Virus record (IMG/VR): IMGVR_UViG_3300032305_001842 | Coordinates: 1-26,807 of that record | Reading direction: 5' to 3' (one strand) | DNA length: 26,807 nt | From: a virus | Lineage: Duplodnaviria > Caudoviricetes | In this document: positions 8,496 through 17,400 of the stretch, piece after piece | How positions within the stretch are numbered: position 1 is the first letter of the stretch | How the letters are laid out: each line of letters begins with the position of its first letter | Made by a program: the position numbers and the translations under genes | Notes under the pieces: generated by a model | Told to the model about the DNA's origin: nothing | What the model saw: only the letters and a program-made list of their open reading frames with translations | Databases searched by the model: none

Positions 8496-11400
8496 TTATT
8501 CATCAGTGTTTGCGCCGCCGCTAAACGAACTATTAAAGAATGCCGCTGCCAACATTGTTCCATTTATACCGCCTGTTTTTCCGGCTGCACCTGTTCCGCC
8601 AGCTCTACCTTGAGTAAAGTTAACTGTTCTTGGAACATTAATTGTACTTAGGGTTGAGGAGAAAATTCTGTTCGGGCCGCCAATTCCAACAGTACCAGCA
8701 GTTACTTGACCTGCTGTAGCGTTTGCTCCACCACCTGCAACGTTTCTAGCCAAATAAGTTTTAATTGCTCGTTGTGTTGGTATGATGCTGTCGCTATTTG
8801 CTGTAAAATAACTATCTGTGCTAAACTGATTAATAACAATCGCATTAGGTCCAACGCTTAATCCGCCAATGGTCAAACTTTGCAACCCTTGCAAGCTGAA
8901 CTGATCAGCACTAATTGTAACAATCCCTGATGCCTGTTGAACTCCGAACAAATTGCCAACTAAGAAATTACCATCTTGGTCTGTACTTGTTTGGAATACC
9001 CGGCCGCCTGCACTTTCTGTAATCTGTCGATAATTTAATGAAGTTGATACATCAACATTAGGATAGTTAGTAGTTGCGGCATTGCCAGTACCAATTAACA
9101 AGAAATCGTGTCCAGTGATACGACACTGGCTATATTTTTGTCTAATAGTCAGGCCAATACCGTGTCCTGGTGCTTTTGTTATGGTAAGTGGCGGTGATAT
9201 TTGGAACAAATATTTAGTAGCTCCTAAAGTTGTAATAACAACCACCCGATACTGTACAGGATCGCCTGAAATATTCAAGGCAGCTCCTGGCGTCGGTGCA
9301 GATGCTAATCCAGTTACTGATAAAAATTTTGCTGGTTGGAATATATCTGCATAACCATTACCAGCAATTGTTACAGTAGTTGTTGACGTTCTATAACCCG
9401 TGCCTCGATTACCAAATGATGGCTGGCCCAGTACACCTAGTCCGACTCTGACAGTAGAATACATCGGTGTAGTAATACTTGGATCTATTATATTAACTGC
9501 TACAGATCCAGCTGACACTGCCTGCATGTTAGTAAGGCCAACTGTTAGTGAAGTGTTTATAGTATAGCTCGTGCCTGTTATTTCTGTACTAGGTACTGTC
9601 TGAAATTGATTTATAGTATACAGTGTACCGGTTACACTCTTGCTTCCGCTAGTAGCTGCCTGGCTTAGTGTAAATGTTGGGCTTGTTCCGCTTACTATAT
9701 ATGTTCCGGCCGTTATGCCTACACCTGTTACCATCATTCCTACTGTAGGAATTGTGCCGCTGTTGTATGTTAATGTTGTAAGTCCGGCTCCTCCTACAGT
9801 TCCAGTAAATGACACTGAGGAGATTGCAGTTATTATAGTTCCTGCCGATATATTATTACCTACTAGTACAAGGCCAACTGTTAGCGCAGTGGATGGAACT
9901 GATAGAACATATAATCTATAACCATCTGTACTACCCGTAAACGACACTGTGTTTATTTGAGTAACTGTTGGAGAAATTAAACCAGTACTGCCGTATATTG
10001 TTTGTCCCACTTGCAGTGGTAGTGGCAATGAAGATCCTTCATTTATACCAGTTACTGATAACGTAGTGTTCGAAATCTGGCCAGCAAATGATATGACAAA
10101 ATTGCTAGTTTGATAATTTGATCCCGGTTCCCATATTTTAACTGCACCAATCTTACCTGATGTTATTGCCGCTCTGCCAATTGCCGGTGTTCCGGTAATT
10201 ATGTAATTAGAAATATTACTATCACCAGCAATTATCCAACCAGCAATGCTTGATAAATTGCCCCAGCAGACTGTTGTTCTATTTGTTTCACCAGAGACAG
10301 CAACTAATTTCCAATCTGATCCATTAGGGCTTTTGGCAACAAGTGTTCCAGTTCCGCCAACTGCGACAAATTGGCCGGCACCGTACGCTACACTGTTCCA
10401 GTTTCCTGTTGCTGGCAAGTTGCCAGTGTACCAAGTAACCCCATCGAATGAGAACGCTGATTTATTTGTATTTTTTCCTACTACCACAAATCTGCCGTTG
10501 CCGTATGAAATGTTGCTCCAGGTTGCTGATCCAACTGCTGGAAGAGTTGATGCAGTCCATGAAGATCCCATATCAATACTCGACGCACACATTGGAGCGG
10601 TTGCAGTTCCAACAAAGCTAATTGTAGAAATTGCACCTGCTGATACTGTTAGTACTCGAATTGATACATCGTTTGCAGGGCTAGTTCCGCCTAGACTTGT
10701 TCCTGGAATAGTAAGTTTATCACCCACAGTGTAGTTTGCACCTGCTGTAGTATTTGTTAAACTATATGTTGTGCCGTTTCTAGTCACAGTATAAACTGCA
10801 TTTGAACCCCTAACAACAATATTTGTTATAGTACCTGCGATCGGAGTTGATCCACCAACTACTGCAAAGGTAATGCTAGTATTGGCTACAAAACTTTGTA
10901 CAGTACAGCTGGTAGGTGTTCCGCCAAACAAATTGCCGGTGCCGTTAGTGGCTGTGATTGGACTGCCTTCAACTATACCTGTTGTAGCACTAACTCCTGT
11001 GATAGTTGCAATCCACGGGCTAGCAATAGTGCCTGCACCGGTCACTGCACCGATTGTACCCGTAGTACTGGCTATTGAACCGGTTGTAGTAACGTTTGAC
11101 GGTAGCACTGATGCATAAGTTGCGCCGCTGGAAATTACTACCAGTATACCATTTGCAGTGATTGATTGGTATCCAGAATTTCCATAAGCAATGTCAGTCC
11201 AGCTGGCCACCGCAGGCAGTGTCACTTGCGACCATGCACTAAGATCTGTAGATTTTGTAACAATGCTTGTGTTTTTCGCTACAGCAAAATATGTGCCATT
11301 ACCGTAAGTACAACCCGACCAACTGGTGGCAGTGTTTACTAAAGAAGTTGACGTCCATGTAAGACCATTTGTGCTTGTTGCGGCAGTATAGCTTGCGCTT

Positions 11401-14400
11401 GATACTGCTAGGAATCCCAAAGCACCATATGTAACATCGGAGTAAGCCACTGCGGCAAAGCCGCCGCCTGCGGCCCAGCTGTTACCGGTAGTGCTTCTGT
11501 ATATCCCGCCCGAAGCGCCACTGTCCACAGCAACATAGGCGCCTGCACCAAATGCAGATCCAGACCATGTTCCGCTTGGCGCAACAATTCCGCTTGATAC
11601 TGAGCTAGTGGTTGGTAGTGTAAACTGTACTCTTGGTTCAATACTGTATGTTGTAGTTGAATCCAATGCCACAGCAGCCGGAGTTCCGGACACTATATTG
11701 TCCCACCCCATTTCTATAACATTCATTATGCCAGGGCCGCTATATGCAGTCAATGTCAATGGAACAGTTCCGTTAACAGTTTCTGTAACAGTAAATGATG
11801 TCGAAGTTAAATTGGCTGGCATCACATAATAAGTAGTGCCTAATGATAATCCTCCATATATTCCTGTAGTTCTTGCAGACATCACAGCAGATAATACTGA
11901 TACAACTGTTTGGTTGGCACCACCTGCTGATAAACTAACAGTGACATTGTTTCCAAATATATTTGTAATGTAGTATGTTTGGTTGCCTGACAATCCGCCA
12001 TAAATTACACTGCCTGAAAATACGATTTGTTGCCCAACCCACATACCTGCTGTGGATGCCAGTGTGATAATGTCTTTTGTTGCAGTGATAGTTGTGCTGG
12101 CCTGTACGGTAGTAGTACTGGTTTGCCATGTGCTGCCGGCGCCTGCACCGGAAATATTACTTAGGATAAATGTAGTGCCGTTGACTATGCTGCCGCCGGT
12201 CAAGCACATACCAACTTCAATAGCACCTGATACAGTCCCAACTGTCAATATTCCAGTAGCACCTATAGATGATGATCCAAGATTAGCTGAACTGTGTGAT
12301 GTTGAAACAGTTGTAGTTACCTGTTCAATTGGTAAAAACTGAACTGGTTGATTAGCGTAAATGCTTGTCTGGCCGGCTGTTGTTATAGAATTAAGTGCGG
12401 CATTGATAGCTGTTGGTGCTGAATAAAAACTATAAATTCCTGCAGCCTGTGTTGAAAAATTAGCAGTCAATGTAACTGTTTTTGTAAGAAGATTGACAGC
12501 TTGTACAGTTGTTCCGCCAGCAACTCCAGTTCCGACTACCAGTTGACCGATGGCAATGCCTGTAGTGTCTTGTAGTACAACAATCGCTTGAGCTGATGCT
12601 CCGCCGCTTACAAACACTGTTGTATTGATAGGTGCATGTACATTGCTGACAGACCAAGATGATGCATTTCCGCTACCACCAAGATTTGCAGTAATATAAG
12701 TACCAGCGGTAACTCCAGTGCCAGTAATAATTTGTCCTACTGCTAGAGTTCCCGATGCCAGTGTACCTACCACCAGTGTGCTTTCAAATATATAACTTCC
12801 AGTTGTGGTTGCTGTGGTTCTCACAACCGTTGTAGCAGTAATTGGAGTATATGATTCTTTTGCTACTGCTATTGTTTTTGTAGTAACATGATCATAAGTA
12901 ACTACGTAACCGTACTGTCCTACTCCTGTACCCGAAGTGATCAATACTCTCATACCTTTGTATGCTGATATTGTATTGACATCACTGGCAGCAATTAAAA
13001 TTGTAGTATCATCGCCAGCTTGTGCATTGTTACTGATGCTGTTATATCCTTGACCACCTGCGGCAAAATCAGTACCTAGTATTCTAACTTCAAATACTCC
13101 GCCGTCTCTATATTCATCTCCAACTGCTACCGCATATTGTCCCGCGCCGTTAAATGCATAGGTTGCTGTGGAATATCCTTGGCCTGCGTTGGTGTATTCT
13201 AGAGCAAGAATTTTATTAGTAGCTTCGCCGATAAACACTGATGCCACTTGAGCACCTTGATTTCTATTGTTAACTGTTGCAGTCAATGCAGTTTCTGTAG
13301 GATCAAATCCTTCTGCAACACATCCAAAACTGCCGTATGATGTGTTTCCGTTAGTAGCACGAATACGTCCACCGTTCTCTGCCAGGTAACCAATATGTGC
13401 ATAGTATGAGAATACTGAAACTGCTTCAGTCAGTGCTCCACTTCCGGTACACCAAATGCCAATACCGTCGCTGATAACCTGAGTAAAGTCGTTAGATACG
13501 ATAGATCTGTTTCCAGCGCCGTGTAGTGTTCCGTCAATCTTTAATCCGGTACATCCAAAACCAAATGTTGTTACGTTTTGTATGTAAGGGGATTTAGAAG
13601 AAATCTGTACTGTAGCATCTGATGGGCCTGCACCCGGATCCAAACTCACATAAGCGCCTGCTAATGGGCGTTTAGTATCATAGAGATTTTGTTGAGTCAA
13701 TCCACCATTTAAACCTCTTAAGGTCATATTTCTAATGCCGCCAGCATTGCGAACATAAAACATATCACTAAGTACGTCGCCACCATATACTATCTGTGAC
13801 TGGGCTGTGGTGTTTGCTAATGTTACTGGAGTACTACTGCCTAATGTTGCTGACACACTAAACTGTGTTGGGGTCAGTGTGCTGCCAATGACGTAGTACA
13901 ATCTATCAGAATATAATCCTGCAAAAGTTTTGATATTGGCTGTCATTACACCAATAGCATCAATTTGAGGCATAATGGCAAGGAAATCTGCAGTCGTTGA
14001 TATTGTAATGGTAATTCCTGAAAGTACTTCACGGACATAGTATTGTGTTCCTGCAACTAAATTACCAAATGCTGTTCCAAAGAATACGATAGGCTGTCCT
14101 GGTTGTATTCCCACATTGCTTGTTATTGTTACTACACCGCCGGCTGACGATGTAGACAATGCTGATACTACTATGCTTGCGCTGTTAAATCTGATAGGAG
14201 TACCGTTTCTCATATTGGCAGTTGTTGTTACTGCAATTGCATTGTTGCCAGCTGAGAACGACATAGCCAGCGGGTTGGCATTGGTTATTAGATTTGTTAT
14301 GGTTGCGCCGCCTGCGGTTGCGCTGACTGTTACATAATTTCCAGGAACTGTACCGATAGATGTAATATAATATGTTCCAGCAGGCAAATTGCTTGCTGCC

Positions 14401-17400
14401 AAAGACGTGCCAGTTACTACAATCTGTGATCCGACTGCCAAATCCGCTGGTGAGCCGCCTGTGCTTATATAAACCTGGCTAGGAGTTAGTACACTTGTAA
14501 TTGTACCTGTTACTATTTTATAACTGGCAGTTGCTGTTTGATTGATTGTTGCATACGGTTGGATGGTTGTTCCGCGAAGTTCATCACCTGCCAATGCAAC
14601 TCCAGCTGGAATTGAAATTGGTAACTGCTCGCTGTAGAGTCCTGTTTTGATAAAAATTGTTGCAGGGCCTGTTACATTTGCACATGCATATTTAACAGTG
14701 GCATATGGTGCGTTTAATGTTAGGCCGTATCCCGGGGCATCTGTTCCGTTGGTGCTTACATAATACACTCCTGGAATTGAACCAAAATTGCCCCAGTAGA
14801 CTGCTGGCAACGGTGTCGATCTATCAACTTTTAATGTTGTTCCGTTGGCGCCGATTGCTAAATTTGTGTTTGCTCCGTTGCTGTAAACTTGTAGATCACC
14901 TGGATTTTGTAGAGTTAACCAATTGTCACCCTGAGCATACTTGACCCAATGTGTTGCTGTGCGCACAGTGGCACTGCTCACATATGCGGCAACATTGGTA
15001 CTGGCAACAGTTGCTTGTGAAACTGACGCTGTTGTTACTTCATACGTTCCGTTATATGAACTGGGATTTGAATTTGCAACAGTAATAGATGTTCCTACAG
15101 GAAACGGTGTCGATGACTGAGCTGTAAAATTAAACGTGACGGTTGAGCCGGTTGTGTTTACAGATGTTATAGACAACAATGATGCTGTTGGATTTAAATA
15201 AGGGCTGGCGGTAGAAGTAGCAGTATGTTTTATTAAACAGCTATATGCAGTTGCATAAAATGTTGCAACATCGCCTGGCAAGTACGTTGTACCAGTCACC
15301 CAAGGACCTTTCCACTGCATGCTCGGTACTACTAAAGTCCAGTATGCTGTGTTAGTAGTTTCTTGTCCAATATTATCTTGGATACAAACATATAAGTAAC
15401 CGCTTCTTCTTATAGTGTCACCGACCAAATATGTTGTGGTTGCACTCCATTCTCCACGAATGTTATAATTTGTTTGTAATAAATCCCACGAAGCTGAACT
15501 GGTTGAAGGTGTTTGACCTACGTTGTTTGTTACCTTACTGGTATACTGATATCCGCCATATGTTACTACATCGCCTCGTGCATATGATTCTGTAATTGAC
15601 CAAGTGTTTGCGTATTCTAAACCTGGAACATAGATCGTAAATAAATTTGTATCTATAACATTTGTAGACGTGTGATATACTGTACAGATGTATAAATTTG
15701 CGCCGTACGTAACAACGTCATTAATTTTATATCTAGTAAAGTTATTCCACTCTCCGCGATTTTCTATACCACTGTGAACAGTGGTCCACTTGCCTTGATC
15801 AGTTTCTAATCCCAACGTACTGCCTAAAAGCGGACTAATTACAATTCCGCCACCATTAGTTGTTGTCGTAGCATCACCGTAGAATGTATTTCCTATAACA
15901 TAGGGATATGCTGGTTTCTGTGCAGGATCAAGTGTGATAAAATAAGCATAGGTTCCGTTTGGATAGTCAGGAGTAACGCAATAACGACCATTCTTGCTGT
16001 CAAGATCTTGTCCTCCAACAAATGTATAATCTTCAGCAAACATACCCAGTGGATATGTTGCATTAACGGGAGGTGTTACGCCATTGGCTGTTCTAGAACT
16101 GTTAATATTATATCCGCCGCCCATTCTTCTAACAATAGAACCAGAGCTCATTGCAGTTCCGTATCCAAACGGTCCGTAGATCGGATAGCCGTCTAACGCC
16201 CAGCCAACAATTTTACTGTGTCCGTCTGGGAATTGTAGTGCGCTGTCAATGTATGGGATTAAACTGGCATCAGCAAGACCGGTTGATGTTGTTGAGCCAG
16301 CAACATGTCCTAACCCAGATACCCAATTGTCTTGGAAACTGAAATCAACATAGTGGTATTGTCCGTTAGATTCAGCAACGCCGCCTGCTAAATCTTGACC
16401 AAATGTATAATTATTTGTTTGGCCGGACTGATATGAAATATTATAGTGCCAGTTGGGTAAAAATGATGCTTTTCCTGTTGGCACATTGTTTGAAGCTGGA
16501 CTAAAAATTGCCACGCCGTTGAGCCAATAACCGACAACTCCGTTACCACGAGATACCGCAGATCCTGCAGCCACGTTTGTTCCACCGCGAAGGCTCCATG
16601 TTCTATTATAATTTTGAGCATACGGCTGTGTAGTAGCTGATGGGTTTCCGTAACTGTGATAAGGTAGTCCGGATGATTGTAAATTAATTGTGCCGCCAGT
16701 AAATGTCCAAGATGTTGATTCAGGTACACGATTAGGACCAAGTTCCAGTGCTGTTGCTGAACTGTTTTGATCAATACTTGTTGTTGCTACTAGGGTAGCA
16801 GGACTAGTATGTCCGGTTACGCACTTGTAAACAATGCCGCCGTATCTAACAACATCACCAACTTTGTATCGTGTATTCACGTTCCAATCAGTTTTCCATT
16901 CGCTGTTGTATGTAATAGCATCCCACTTGCTTTGATCAGATTCTAGTCCCAAGGTGATTGTGGTACTGCTGGTGTGGCCATTGTTACAACGATATATTGT
17001 TGCTCCATATCTAACAATATCATTTTTTCTATATCTAGTTGATACTGCCCAATCTTTGACCCAGTTGTCTCCAACTGCATAGCTTGCCCATTTGCTTTGA
17101 TCAGCTTCAAGTCCGCTTTGTGCTAGTCCAGCAATAGTAGCAGTGGTCACGGGAGTTACTGGTACGAATGTTATTGAAATGTATTCAGCAATAACTGTGT
17201 ATGCTGAGCCGGCAAAGTCGGCAAGCGTATTCCAATTTTCAGGACTTGCGATTAAGTCTGTAGGAATTAGATAACCAGTTCCACCAGTGATAGTGTAACT
17301 TTGAATTGCCGCACGTTTAGTAAATGTATATGTTAAGGTAGCAACAACACCTGTTGATTTATTTCTAGAATTAATTGTTGCTGTAAATGTACGTCCGATT

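Noticed and set aside
1649-10708. 41-bp repeat as a DGR template/variable repeat, CRISPR repeat or att site
   Set aside because: There are no adenine-specific mismatches and no spacers, no reverse transcriptase, Cas or recombinase gene is in the window, and both copies are in-frame coding sequence.
15810-16810. Large in-frame inserts as inteins or introns
   Set aside because: No C...HN splicing motifs or homing-endonuclease motifs were seen, and the frames are continuous.
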